Shown here: piece after piece, positions 1-13,107 of the stretch
How positions within the stretch are numbered: position 1 is the stretch's first letter
Layout of the letters: every line of letters starts with the position of its first letter
Assembly: GCA_951406725.2 (NCBI GenBank)
Contig: OX597828.1
Span: 77,376,001-77,440,000 of the forward strand
DNA length: 64,000 nt
Source: Octopus vulgaris
Lineage: Eukaryota
Reading direction: 5' to 3'
The notes under the pieces: model-generated
Told to the model about the DNA's origin: nothing
The model's input: only the letters and a program-made list of their open reading frames with translations
Databases searched by the model: none
Position numbers and translations under genes: made by a program

Positions 1-182
1 GGACTGTGTCACAATATAAATGGACATGCGCACAGAGCCTTCAACATTGGTGATGAGGTTTCGAATAGTACCAAAATGGAAGAGTTACTGAAGGCAATCG
101 TAAAACAAGAGCAGAGTAAAACCGAGAATTGCGTATCGTCGAGGGTTATTACCAGTATCTTGAGTAGAATGATTAGCAAGGA

Positions 183-213
<31 letters not shown>

Positions 214-232
214 ATTATTATTATTATTATTA

Positions 233-271
<39 letters not shown>

Positions 272-272
<1 letters not shown>

Positions 273-601
273 GTTTTTTCCTTCTTTCTTCAAATTTTCT
301 TCCGTTTCTCGCCGAGTGTTTTCCATACACCTAGGGCAGAGAAGCTCATTGCATGCATTCCCAGATTACACGCGCAAATTCACAGATAAAATATGTATTT
401 AAAAATTAATAAATAAATAAATTCATGGATGGATGTTATTTTCACAGCGATAGTGCTCTTCTCAGTACATGAGCCGTTCCATATAATACGATTTTTTGCA
501 CTTCCTGTAGGGATGGTAAGCCTGGAATCATTTTCAAATAGGTTTCAGTACCTTTTTTTATCATTCCTAGAGATCCTACAATCACTGGTACTGTAGTCGC
601 C
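272..601 (-). mobile_element. 3' end of R4/Dong-like non-LTR retrotransposon (REL endonuclease C-terminus plus 3' UTR)
   Basis: Minus strand reads approximately TTVPVIVGSLGMIKK..TETYLKMIPGLPSLQEVQKIVLYGTAHVLRRALSL*, homologous to the 18.2 kb copy; flanked by (TTA)n and (TAG)n. Confidence 0.8.
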
Positions 602-617
602 TTATTATCATTATTAT

Positions 618-667
<50 letters not shown>

Positions 668-789
668 ATATCCCATTATATCGTTCGTCGAACATGCGAT
701 ACAACATATGTTAAAATGAGATGCCAGGTTTTTTTTTGGGGGGGGGCATTTGCATTTAAAGCCGACAATATATTCCCCACACCCTGTGT

Positions 790-985
790 ACATACACGCA
801 CACACATATATACAAATACTATATATATGACGGGTTTCTCACAGTTTCCCGCTACCAAATCCACTCACGAGGCTTTGGTCAGTCCGAGGCTATAGTTAAA
901 GACACTCTTTTAGGGTGCCACGCAGCGGACTGAACCATGAACCATGTCGGTAGGAAGCAAGCTTGTTACCTCACAGTCACGCCAA
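790..985 (-). mobile_element. tRNA-derived SINE family B, 5' part
   Basis: Reverse complement matches the head of the full copies at 34152 and 45402. Confidence 0.8.
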
Positions 986-1435
986 TATCTTTTTACCACA
1001 CTAGTTACTACATCAGCAACAAATCTTCTATAAATAGAACGACAAACCACACATATAGCAATTTAGATACCCAATATAGCAACAATATAGAGAGTTTGTG
1101 ACATTATTTTTTTCCGGAAAATATTTTAAAATTCTGTTTTCAATATTCGAACTTCAAACGTTCGGACTTTTCCTGTTTACAGACGATTTGAGTGTGAGTG
1201 TAGGGGAAGGAAGTATGTGTGTGTATGAATATGTATGTATACATACAAACACACCACACACATCTACGTGGCACCCTAGGAGAGTGTCTTTAACTATATA
1301 TGTGTGTGTGGGTTTGTGTGTGTGCATGCGTGTATGTCTACTACTACTAATATAGGATGAGGTTTTTTTACAGAAAAAAATTCCATCAAAAAATGTGGCA
1401 GCATATTAAAATACCTTTAGGGTTAAAATTATAAG

Positions 1436-1764
1436 CAACTTATAAATAAGGGCTAAAGAAAATTATTTCTATGCCAATATGCTGATGACAAACTTTGGAA
1501 AAAAGGGCGCATGTAAGTATCTTATTTATGTCTTTTCGTATTTTCTACTGAAGAGGAAGAAATCTATTATGAGATTAATTCCGAAATTGATTCAATATAG
1601 AAATAACGAACTTTTTTTTAAAATTCTATTGGCTAGCTTTCCTCGATTTCAGCTCTACGTGTTTTCTGTAGCGAGTAAATAATATGTGGAAATTGACGAT
1701 TTAAAAGTCTGTTATCAGCATATTGGCATAGAAATAATTTTCTTTAGCCCTTATTTATAAGTTG
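1436..1764 (+). mobile_element. Penelope-like module: ~60 bp inverted repeats enclosing a hammerhead
   Basis: 1436-1496 is the near-perfect reverse complement of 1704-1764; HHR inside; ends at (TA)n. Confidence 0.7.
1542..1603 (+). ncRNA. Type-I hammerhead ribozyme, intact core
   Basis: UUUCUA-CUGAAGA-GGAA..AAUCU..AGAUU..UUCC-GAAA-UUGA-U-UCAA-UA^UAGAAA; all three stems pair. Confidence 0.85.
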
Positions 1765-1789
1765 TATGTATATATATATATATATATAT

Positions 1790-2075
1790 GGAGCACTCCG
1801 TCGGTTACGATAACGAGGGGCCCAGCTGATACGATTAACGGAACAACTTGCCCGTGAAATTAATGTGCATTTGGCTGACCATTCCACATACACATGAACC
1901 CTTAAGGTAGTTCTTACGGAGATGCGTCGTGACACAGACTGTGACAAGGCTGGCCCCTTTGAATTACAGGTACTAATCATTCTTACCAGCTGAGTGAACT
2001 GGAGCAACGTGAAATGGGGTGTCCTGCTCAAGGACACAACGCGTCACCGGGAATCGAACTGACGACCACGCGCGA
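1790..2075 (-). mobile_element. SINE family D (CORE-like tgtgtccttgagca motif)
   Basis: Homologous to the + copy at 62757-63075. Confidence 0.85.
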
Positions 2076-2118
2076 TCACACACATACACACATATATATA
2101 TATATATATATGCATATT

Positions 2119-2155
<37 letters not shown>

Positions 2156-2156
<1 letters not shown>

Positions 2157-2437
2157 CCCTCTCCACATCAGCCTCATTATTCTTCACCTATCCTACCAAG
2201 AACTCAAAACGACCTCGAACACACAAGTGCAAACAAGGGAGTCAGAGAAAGGCAGAATGCTACTTATATCTGAACACTACTACAGAAATATTCTTTTAAA
2301 AAAACTTTTCTTCTAATTTTTCTAAATTTAATTATTTAATCGTTACAGTTGAAAAGGTCTCAAAATGACCGAAACCGGTACTGAAAGATTCACTATAAAA
2401 TCATCTTAGCATTTTCTATTTTTGACTTGTTTTTTCA
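2156..2437 (+). mobile_element. Short (TA)n-flanked repeat with variant hammerhead; second copy at 45875-46158
   Basis: Colinear similarity between the two copies over ~280 bp. Confidence 0.75.
2346..2383 (+). ncRNA. Minimal type-I hammerhead, U3:A8 core variant
   Basis: CAG-UUGAAAA-GGUC..GACC-GAAAC-CG-GUA^CUG. Confidence 0.7.
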
Positions 2438-2603
2438 TATATATATATATATATATATATATTGAGGTTATGAGAGGTAATTGTGTCACGAAGACCCAAA
2501 GGTGTCAGGTAATGCTGAGTAAGTACTATAGTTAAGCTCCAGGTTCGGTAATTATGCGAATGAGGAGTCCAACATAGGTCATATATTAGCATATATATAA
2601 AAC

Positions 2604-2929
2604 AAATTAACAGAATGAGATAAAAATCCAAGGCTGTGAAAGATTTTAGAACATTTATAAAGAGAAGATCTTACGGCTGTTTCTGGGATATTTTATATAT
2701 CCCTTCATCGGAGACGGTGCGAGAATATGGTTAAGCTATAGTTATTCTAGAGAAAATTTGAAACTCCACTTCACTCTCTATTTCTTATCTTCTCTAGAAT
2801 AACTATTGCTTAACCATTTTCTCGCGCCGTCTCTGATGAAGGGATATTTAAAATATCCCGGAAACAGCTGTAAGATCTCTTTATAAATGTTCTAAAATCT
2901 TCACAGCCTTGGATTTTTATCTCATTCTG

Positions 2930-2936
<7 letters not shown>
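2604..2936. mobile_element. Palindromic Penelope-like module (~150 bp arms) with a hammerhead in each arm
   Basis: 2604-2754 inverted at 2790-2936 with 35 bp spacer; truncated third copy at 58275-58368. Confidence 0.85.
2829..2876 (+). ncRNA. Minimal type-I hammerhead ribozyme
   Basis: GUCU-CUGAUGA-A-GGGAUAUU..AAUAUCCC-G-GAAAC-AGCU-GUA^AGAU; mirror copy at 2668-2715 (-) has CCGAUGA. Confidence 0.85.
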
Positions 2937-2984
<48 letters not shown>

Positions 2985-3703
2985 TATGTATATATATATA
3001 TGTATATGTATATATATGTGTGTGTATATATATATATATATGTATATATATATGTGTGTGTATATATATATATATGTATATATATATGTATGTGTATATA
3101 TATATATATATATATCTATGTATGTATGTATGTATGTGTGTGTATGTATGTATGTATGTATTAGTAGAAGATAAAGATAAAATATATTTAAGCTGTTTGT
3201 TTACAGCTGTTTCATACTTCACCTAAAGTTACTTTAAGTACGCTGATTTTAAGTCGTATACCAATTACATACCCTTCACAAACGCCTTACATACACATAT
3301 GCATACATATATATGCACATAAATATATTTTAGTAGCATAACGACCAACTGAGCTATACATATATCCATACATAAATACATAATTGTATGTGTGCATATA
3401 TATATATATATGTATGTATATATATGGCATCCATTCTTTTATATCGCTATATGCGAGAAACACTAAGAAATATCGAAGTGAATTATCATATGAAGAAAAA
3501 ATAACTAATACTATACGTGTTTGAATACTCGCTCGATTGTACATATTAACGTAATTGTATATGTCTACTAGTGCTATTTATGAAGATATACATCTATATG
3601 ATATGTATGCCTATATATATGTGTGTGTGTGTGTGTTTATGTGTGTGTGTGTGTTTATGTGTGTGTGTGTGTGTGTGTGTTTATGTGTATGTGTGTGTGT
3701 GTA

Positions 3704-3741
<38 letters not shown>

Positions 3742-4112
3742 CTTCTGGTCACTATAAGTGAAAACATATTGTTAGATGTTACACAATAGAGAAAACGCCA
3801 TAATTTTTCCTTCCTTTTTTTTACACTTTATATACGAATATCTAAAATCAAAATTCCTGGAGCAACAAATCCAATATTTTGTACTTGTAAGCAAAAGAGA
3901 AGAATTCACTTTTGAATATCAAAAATCATGATTTTGTTGTTGTTGTTATTTTCTTTTTTATTATTCATTCCTCGCTCTTCGTATAATTCATATTTCTGAT
4001 ATTGGAATTGTTGAAACTACAAAACAATAATATTATTTTTCAATTCTTCATTTCGATATGCTTTATCACAGGGATATACATGGCATTTCTTCTTCTTCTT
4101 CTTTTTCTTCGT

Positions 4113-4296
4113 CTTCTTCTTTTGCATAATTATATTTTAGTTTCTTATTGTGCTTGAGGTTGTTGTTGTCGATCTGGTTATTCTTGTTGTTTTAATGATT
4201 ATATAATAATTCAAATGTACAGAAAAAATAGCTTCGATAATTTCTTATGTACACTGCGTGTTTACTGGTTTGCAGTGACATTTTGGAAGTCTCATG

Positions 4297-4339
<43 letters not shown>

Positions 4340-4675
4340 TAATATATATATATATATACAATATTATATATATATATGTAACATATCTTATATGTATATA
4401 CACATATATGTACGTATATATAAGTAAGTGTGTATCTATATGCATGCTTGTATGCATGTATATATATATATATTATTATATTACATATACAAATGGGCAC
4501 AGGTGTATACACATACTCAAACATTCACACACTTATATATTTATCGATAGTGAGGTAGATGTAGATATACATGATATGTAAGCATTATACTTGCAGATAT
4601 CTAGGTATATACAGGTATATACATGTGGTTATATGTATAGATATGTATATATAAATATATAAATATATATGTGTG

Positions 4676-4718
<43 letters not shown>

Positions 4719-4940
4719 TTATACATACATGTATATATGTGAATGTGCGTCTGTTTGTGTGTGAGTATGTGTATGTGTGAACAATCCAAAATGTCACTGT
4801 AAAACAAAATACGAACAAAATTATTATCGAAGCAATTTTTTTAATATATTTGAAATATTATATAATTATATCAACTAGGACAACAAAAACGACTGCAGAA
4901 GCAACAACAAACGCGAATATGATTATGCGAAGAGAAAGAA
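4113..4940. repeat. Old degenerate inverted repeat (4113-4290 vs 4781-4940)
   Basis: Blocks gcataatYatatt, atataataWttcaaat, gcttcgataa and cagtgacattttgga recur in inverted order. Confidence 0.75.
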
Positions 4941-5193
4941 ATGAAAAATCTATAAGGTAAAATAGAACGGAATGGAAAAAAGATATCAGGAATGTCCTTA
5001 CGTGTCGGAGTATGTATGTGTGTGTGTGCATGTGTGTTCGTACGTATAAGTGCGTGCGTGTGTGCGTGTGCGTGAGTGTGTGTGTTTGTGTCTGTGTGTC
5101 TATGTGTGTTTGTCATGGGATTCGACAAATGCTCTTAAAACAGTAGAAAGATTCTACGTGTAAAGCATATATAGTGTGTGTGTATATATGTGT

Positions 5194-5276
<83 letters not shown>

Positions 5277-5405
5277 CACATGCATATATACATATATGTG
5301 TGTGTGTGTATATATGAATACATATATATACATATATATATATATATGTATAGGTGCATATATATACAAATATGTATATGCATATATGTATATATATATA
5401 TGTAC

Positions 5406-5512
<107 letters not shown>

Positions 5513-5589
5513 TATAGATATTTTTTCTACTCTGTATGGATAGATATTGACAAAAGATATATATGTGTGTGTATATGTATGTATGTAAT

Positions 5590-5980
5590 TATTCAGTTTT
5601 ATTTCAAGATTTCTTGTTACCAGAGAATGAGCCGGTTTCTAACCTGGACCTGCAGCCTCTTCATTATAATTTCATCAACGTCTACAGGGTATGTTTGCAT
5701 GTAAATATTATGTGTGCATTAGTTAGAGTCAGTGCATGTGTAGATTTGTGTGTTTTGTTTTATGCATCTATTCACTTGTTTATAACTGCATGTCTAGACA
5801 TCTGCATAAATACTTGAATGGGAATCTTCAGAAAAAATTTACAAACTTTTTATAATTCTAGTGATGGCTTGGATCTGTAGTCTTCAAATCAAGCTTGTTC
5901 CTGAAAATCCTAATTTCTGAAGACTGGTACTTAGGCAGTGTGTTACATATCCCAGTGCCCCAATGGCTAGAGGTGTAATG
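5590..5980 (-). mobile_element. 3' end of an REL-type non-LTR retrotransposon (ORF C-terminus plus 3' UTR)
   Basis: [24 protein letters not shown]; homologous ORF end and UTR at 59882-60905. Confidence 0.75.
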
Positions 5981-6143
5981 TATGTATGTGTGTATATATG
6001 TATGTATGTATGTGTATGTATGTATGCATACACATGTATGTATACAATATATGTGCGTGTATACATTACATTTGTTTTCAGCCTTTTAACGATTTATATG
6101 CTTTAAGTATGATATACAGATTGCAATATATATATATATATGT

Positions 6144-6244
<101 letters not shown>

Positions 6245-6618
6245 TACATACATATATACATATATATATGCATATACATGTATATATATATGCATATATA
6301 TGTATATACATGCATATATCAAACATATATGTATGTGCATATACCGAGCTTCTATAAAGCTGTGTCCTTCAAATGTCGTGGTACCGCCATGATATTGTGG
6401 CAGATGGTTTAGATACACTTTACCAGTGTAGTAAGAGTAAACAAAATAACGATGCAGTCGTAATAATAACGTAGTGATTCAACAATCTCTCCACGAACCA
6501 ACAATCACTATTCCAAAGGAACACTAACCAACCGACACCTTCCGATTTCACTGCGAACTCAACCCGAACTAGCACACAAACTTCATTCCGACCGTTACTA
6601 TTTATAATCACTCGGCGA

Positions 6619-6852
6619 AGGCGGCGAGCTGGCAGAAACGTTAGCACGTCGGGCGGAATGCGTAGCCGTATTTCGTCTGCCGTTACGTTCTGAGTTCAAA
6701 TTCCGCCGAGGTCGACTTTGCCTTTCATCCTTTCGGGGTCGATTAAATAAAGTACCAGTTACGCCCTGAGGGTCCACGTAATCGACTTAATCCCTTTGTC
6801 TGTCTTTGTTTGTCCCCTCTATGTATAGCCCCTTGTGGGTAGTAAAGAAATA
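6619..6852 (+). mobile_element. tRNA-derived SINE family A with 12-bp TSD
   Basis: B box gagttcaaattcc, core gcctttcatcctttcggggtcga; TSD ataatcactcgg at 6604-6615 and 6858-6869. Confidence 0.92.
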
Positions 6853-7766
6853 TCTCCATAATCACTCGGTCCAGTCTATTTCACGCAAGGCCGGGCCGTG
6901 ACTCTCATCGCAACAAAAGTTTACGTCTCTATTATTGCACACATTCATGTTAGTAAATAGTAACTATCTGTGAAACACTAGTTTACCGATCTATGGCAGA
7001 CACATAAATTCCGCATAAACACCGGGATTTAAAAGAATTCCTTTTAAACCACAATGGCACATTCCAAATCATTTGAATTAAAACCTACAACTGAAACAAA
7101 GATTTAAGCTCCATTCCTCCCCATTTTTACAACTTTTCAGTTTTCGTTCTTTCCTTGTTTTTCCTTTAAACCAATTCTATAATACCAAATAGAAAGATTC
7201 AAATCTATGGTTGTGACATTTTAATTTGTAGCTTTTTCCTGCACTTGGCAGGTATTCACTTATTCTAAAAGATAGATAAAAACAATAGGAAAAGCTGAAA
7301 CATTAAAATGTTAAGCAATATATTTCACTCTAATAGCATTTGGCACCTCACTATTAAATATTGACACTTCCTGCCGTTAGGCAAGGATCGACCTTGCCTA
7401 CGACATGTAAATGATTAAAATTTGAGGCGTTTATAAACCAACACCGACAACACAGATTAAGCATATAATCTTCAGTCAAGCAAAATTTCGCAAAGAAATC
7501 AATATCTATCTCTTCTTCAGTCATTTCCTAATTTCACAAATTATTCCATCAAAATTTTGATGTCAAAATACGACTGTATATTCAGCATTTTCTGTTCTTT
7601 AAGAATCTTTCTCCGTTTTACTATTTAGTATTGGGGTGAAGAATTTAAAAATTACAATAGCTCGTTCACAAAATCTTCACAAAAATCTTCTCCATTTAGC
7701 AATTTCTTATACGAACTTATTTATATCCATTGGCATTTAGACTTACTGTTGATTAGCCTGACTGTG

Positions 7767-7817
7767 AATTAGTCCCACTGTTAATTAGTCCCACTGTTAA
7801 TTAGTCTCACTGTTAAA
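7767..7817. repeat. 16-bp tandem repeat x3
   Basis: aattagtcccactgtt repeated three times. Confidence 0.85.
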
Positions 7818-8054
7818 TTTACCTATGACAGGATTTATTTTTCAGTAGAGAAGCATTGAATCAACCAGTTTAGTCGTTATTTTACATCTCATCAGGAATT
7901 TGGTTTTTCCTCCTAAAATAACAAAAGCAAAATAATTCAAGGTTTCTTAGTATAATGCAAAACGTTTGATTAGCAGCAAGTCAGTTACATAATTGTTCAA
8001 AATTGACCTATCGCTATTAATTACTACATTACAATGAAGCTTTTGATAATATAC

Positions 8055-8099
<45 letters not shown>

Positions 8100-9102
8100 G
8101 AATATAATTATTAGTTTCATGGTTTTAGTTTTTATATATTTTAATATAAAACCTCGAAAATTTGGAAGTTGCATAATAGGTAGTTACACAGTTTAAAAGC
8201 CTTGTAGTAAGTTGTTGGTTCAACATTTTTAATCTAAATACTGCAGAAAGCAGCTACATGTGCCAAAATAATGTAAACCTAAAATGTGACTGTAACCAAA
8301 ACACCTAAAATAGTACACCAAGCGAATAATCGGAATGTAAATAGTTTATCTCCTCTACGGAAAATTCCAAGCTAAATTTCTCATATATAAAAGCAGCAGG
8401 TTATTTTGAAATGACACGAACGCGATTAACAAAGAACACATTTTAAACATCACATACATTGAAATTATTATGTCTTGCGTCACTGTTCTGTTGTGTGTGT
8501 CAGCCGTATGGAATATATGAGTGAGTGAATGTATGTGTGTTTGTGTGCGTATTCGTGTACGTAAGTGTTTGTGTGTATTTGTTTGGAAATTTAACAAAAG
8601 AGTGGAACATTATTGAAACGTTTTAGGTAATAAGAAACAGAAGCTAAGCATTGCAGCGTATAAATATTAATAACAGTTTAAAGTGGAGAGACGAAACATT
8701 TACAATGTGTCCACAAAGAAAAGTTATTTAATATTGATTCAATCAAGGACGTGTTGTACTTTTGGATCTATTTTATGTTGAAACTAGGAGAGTCAAATTT
8801 CTTGCATGCGTTAGAAATATCTGCCGTTAGACATGATACTTCACCAAACGTATTTTTATATTGGTTATATTTCGTGTAATATAACGTTTGATAACTAATC
8901 TATCACAAACCAGAGGATAGCGGTCTCAATGTCATACAAACTGAAGTGATAATTATCCATCATTCATATGATATTCATATATAAAATAATATATTATATA
9001 TACTATGTCTGTCATTTATAATTCATTTATATGCTATGTAATACATTAGAAATATTATAAGCGGCATTTGTAATACATTTGTGTAACATATATATATATG
9101 TT

Positions 9103-9182
<80 letters not shown>

Positions 9183-9369
9183 TGTATGTATATATATATA
9201 TATATATATATCCGTCATTTATACTCCAGCGCATCTAGGCACGAAAAGATTAAATCAAGCTCCGTTAAAACACACTCTACAATATGCATTTAATACACTT
9301 CCTCATCTTTCAGAAATAAAGACCACGTTTACATAAGGCATGTTATTATACACCGCTGGTCACATTGCG

Positions 9370-9985
9370 CTTCCTCGACTTGGAATTGCTCTGGCACTCG
9401 AATGATGCCAACTTGCAGGCTCCAATTTACCCTGAAAGGGTCCCCAGTCTCTTGCAAGGGTACTTATTCACACTGGAGTGGACTGGAGCAACATGAAATA
9501 AAGTGTTATGCTCAAGAACATAACGCACTGTCTGTCTGGGGAAACGAAACCACGATCTAGCGATTGTAAGTGCAACTTCCTTAACCGCTACGCTACGCAC
9601 CTTCATCAATGTAGATATTTATAAATAAAAACACCCACAATACTACGGCACTCCGTCGCTTACGACGACAAGGGTTCCAGTTGATCCGATCAACGGAACA
9701 GCTTGCTCGTGAAATGAACGTGCAAGTGGCTGAGCACTCCTCAGACACGTGTACCCATAACGTAGTTCTCAGGGAGATTCAGCATGACACAGATCAGGTA
9801 GAAAGAGCGAGAGAAAGTTGTAGTGAAAGAGTACAGCAGGATTCGCCACCTCCCCATACCGGATCCTCGTGGGCCTTGAGATGTTTTCGTTCAATAAACA
9901 CTCGCAACGCCTGATCTGGAAATCGAAACCGCGATCTTATGATTGCGAGTCCGCAGCCCTAACCACTGGGCTATTGCACCTCTAC
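9370..9985 (-). mobile_element. Two SINEs: family D-like (9370-9605) and C-head/D-tail chimera (9645-9985)
   Basis: tRNA A/B boxes on the - strand; head like 31773, tail like 62757-63075. Confidence 0.8.
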
Positions 9986-10528
9986 ACCCACACTATATAA
10001 TTTTCATCTCAAACAAATACGTCATATTATCAATTCAAGTTTATTGAAAATAACTTTGTTATATAAATAAATATATAAATATAGACACGCACACACACAC
10101 CGCACACACACTCGCTCGCACATATCATATTATAGCGTTAATTATTTTCTATTTTTGTAGTTTTTCCATCACAGTTAATTTATTTTCACCAATTTATAAA
10201 AATATATTTATGATAAATCTTTTTCTTATTCTTTCAACAATCTGTCTTTCGTTGCCATGTTTGCCAACTTTAATATTTCTATTGTGCTATAGAAACATGG
10301 GACTTAGTGTTGCTACTCTTATACGGCATCATCCTCATTTCATACAGATAATAGTTATTTCTGTCGTCATAGTCTAAAATACGTATTTTTACATTGAAAT
10401 CATGTTTATACGTAAAAAGAAAAAAAAAACAATCTCCTAATTTCTCCTCTCACTTGTGTTTGAATCTCTAACTCTAAGCAAAATTATTCAGATTTTTTTC
10501 TTTATAATGAAGGTTTTTTTTTTAATTC

Positions 10529-10918
10529 GCCATTTCTAAAGGTAATTAAATCATGTATCTACTAAATCTACACTTAGGATTTTTTAAAAATTATATTTAA
10601 GATATTTTTATTACAACAATATGCCTATTTTTATTATATTTTATTCGTTAGTAGCGACGGGAGCAATAGTAGTTCAAAATAGTATTCTGCATATCATACT
10701 TGATGTAGATATACAGTAGAAAGCCATTTCTAAAGATAATTAAATCATGTATCTACTAAATCTATACTTAATTTTTTTATTATGTTTAAGATATTTTTAT
10801 TACAAGAATATACCTATTTTTATTATATTTTTATTATATTTTATTAGCAACGGGAGCAATAGTAGTTCAAAATAGTATTCTGTACATCATACTTAATGTA
10901 GATATACAGTAGAAAGCC
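10529..10918. repeat. Tandem duplication, 194-bp unit x2
   Basis: 10529-10722 repeated at 10723-10918 with gcc microhomology at the junctions. Confidence 0.9.
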
Positions 10919-11155
10919 CGGAAACATTTCGAGAAAGAATCTCCTATAGTAATGATAGTTTTCTCGTAGTCTGAGAAAGACGGTTTCGTACTTTCTTGTT
11001 GAACAGCCTGCAAAGGTGATCTATTAATAGTAATCAAATGTTTGTGTTGCACATTTTCTCCCTCCCTCCCTCCATCAAATTGACGTTTCTTGAGCTGGTG
11101 CTCGTTGTACCACAGGTGAGGTGCCGAAGTGATCGCAGAGCAGCAGGAGACGAAG

Positions 11156-11725
11156 TATTGAGTTGTACGGAAAGTTCGTGCCGGTTTATAGTAGCTTACC
11201 TTTCCACTTATTTTAGAACATGGTTGAGTCCATAAAACAGGATTTGACTACACCCCCATTTAGAGCACAGTTTAAGCTATCTTTTCGTGGAAGAAGATTT
11301 ATGTTCCTATAACCTGTGTTCATTCTGTAACCCTTTAAAATGGAAGATAAGAAAGTTCATTTTCGGCTCTTGATGCATTGGGAACCAGACAAAAATTGCT
11401 GCAGCTCGGCTGGGATATGTTACCCCACCCTCCATACTCACCAGATATTGCTCTTTCGGATTTCCACTTATTCAGGTCTCTGCAGAATAATCTTAATGGT
11501 AAAAATTTCAATTCCTTGGATGACGTAAAAAGATACCTTGGTGAATTCTTTGCCACGAAACCACCTCAATTCTGGGAAGGGGGTATTTTCAAGTTAAAAG
11601 AAAGATGGAAACGCACTGTGCAACAAAATGGTTCATATTTGGTTGATTAAAAATGTAATGGCAAGTATTTATTGACCTTTTTCTTTCCTTTAAAAGTCGG
11701 CACGAACTTTCCGGACAACCCAATA
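11156..11725 (+). mobile_element. Internally deleted mariner transposon inserted into a family D-like SINE (11055-11825, -)
   Basis: TIRs ttgRgttgtMcggaaagttcgtgccg with TA ends; N-terminus MEDKKVHFRLLM joined to C-terminus HPPYSPDIALSDFHLFRSLQN (11378-11650). Confidence 0.95.
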
Positions 11726-12279
11726 TTTTGCTCAAGGACATAATGCACCGTCTAGTCCAGGAACTGAAACCACGGTCTCGCGATCGTGAGTGCAACACCC
11801 TAAGCACTAGGCCATGCGCCCTCACTTGATAAACCCAGAAATATATCAGTAGCTGCGTTGGCATAACTAAATACGTTTATCAGCTTCTTTGAGACTCGTC
11901 AGTAGCAAGCACCCACAAGCAAATACATCCTTATATATATATATATATATATATAGCTTCTGCTAATATAGAAAAACAGTGATTAACAAATCACCAGTGA
12001 CACAATTAGCCGGCAGGCTAAATAAAAATTCGTTATAGACAACGGTAGCAGTATTAGTTCAAAATAACATTTTATATATCGTACTTGACGCAGATGCTTT
12101 CTCGAGACGAATACCGCAGTTTCCAGGCTTTAAACAGTACACCTGCACTAAGTATGATATAGAGAATGTAACTGTTTTATTTTTATTTCATATATATATT
12201 TTTCTTTATTTTATTATAATCTGCTTATATTATTTTTAGATCAGTTTTTTAGATTACTATCAACTGAAATTTCCGTCCA

Positions 12280-12323
<44 letters not shown>

Positions 12324-12469
12324 AACATAAATCAAGTAATATCGGTTACCGCATGAACCGCTTCTAAAAAATGACGTGGCTTCACTAAGAGCTTCTTTTT
12401 AATTATTTCAGTTAATTGGCTTTATCTAATTAACACAGTATCATTTGATCTGCGGTGTAAATGTTAAAT

Positions 12470-12715
12470 TCAGTTAGAGACTTGGAAACAGCTTGCTCGC
12501 GCAAGTACAGTCGCTCGAAAGCTCCACCTACCGGACGGCAGTAGGTTTCAGTGATAATCATGAGAAGAAGCCCGCCGTTTTGGAGCCTTCCTCTTGTTAG
12601 CCTCACAGCTCACAGGCCCCACACACTGATGCGATGCCCTGTTACATCGACTGTCTAATATTCGATCTTAGTTCCTTCATCTCGGTATCATCAGCACCAT
12701 TCAAATTCTGCAAAC
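12470..12715 (-). pseudogene. Ancient Rex-Babar/CR1-group LINE 3' relic
   Basis: Frameshifted translation gives RKAPK..SSH..LLPSGR..KLFPSL, typical of the Rex1/Babar C-terminus. Confidence 0.5.
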
Positions 12716-13107
12716 ATCCAGGTCTGTCTTGTCATATAGGATAGTGTTGCGTCTTTCCAATTGATTGTAATTCGAGGATATTTGACTACCATTCTTAGCA
12801 AGTTAGACACTCTTATGTTGGCTTACCTATTGCTTCCTAAGGTAAAAGCATCTAACCAGTGACAGAAGGAAGATAAAGGACACACATCCATAAATATATC
12901 ATTACATTGTCACTGTTTATATGTATTAAATTAATAACAACTCACTTGCTCAGTTGATTCTTCGCTAATGAAAATTTGAAAGACTAAATTTTCTACATGT
13001 TGTAAATTATAACCAAGAAATTGATCACTTCATTCTTAAAAGAATTTTTCTTTATTATTTAGATAACAAATATGCAACTTAAATGTCAATAATACGTCAT
13101 TTTTTTA

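Noticed and set aside
6396-7004. Solo LTR (TGTG...CACA, TATA on the - strand)
   Set aside because: No matching TSD or second copy; cannot be supported.
7372-7405. Hairpin taggcaagg-atcga-ccttgccta
   Set aside because: Too short for a miRNA, no Helitron end or second copy; bacterial-type terminators are irrelevant here.
12640-12715. Possible terminal coding exon NLNGADDTEMKELRSNIRQSM*
   Set aside because: Downstream LLPSGR context points to a Rex-Babar-like LINE relic; no partner exons found.
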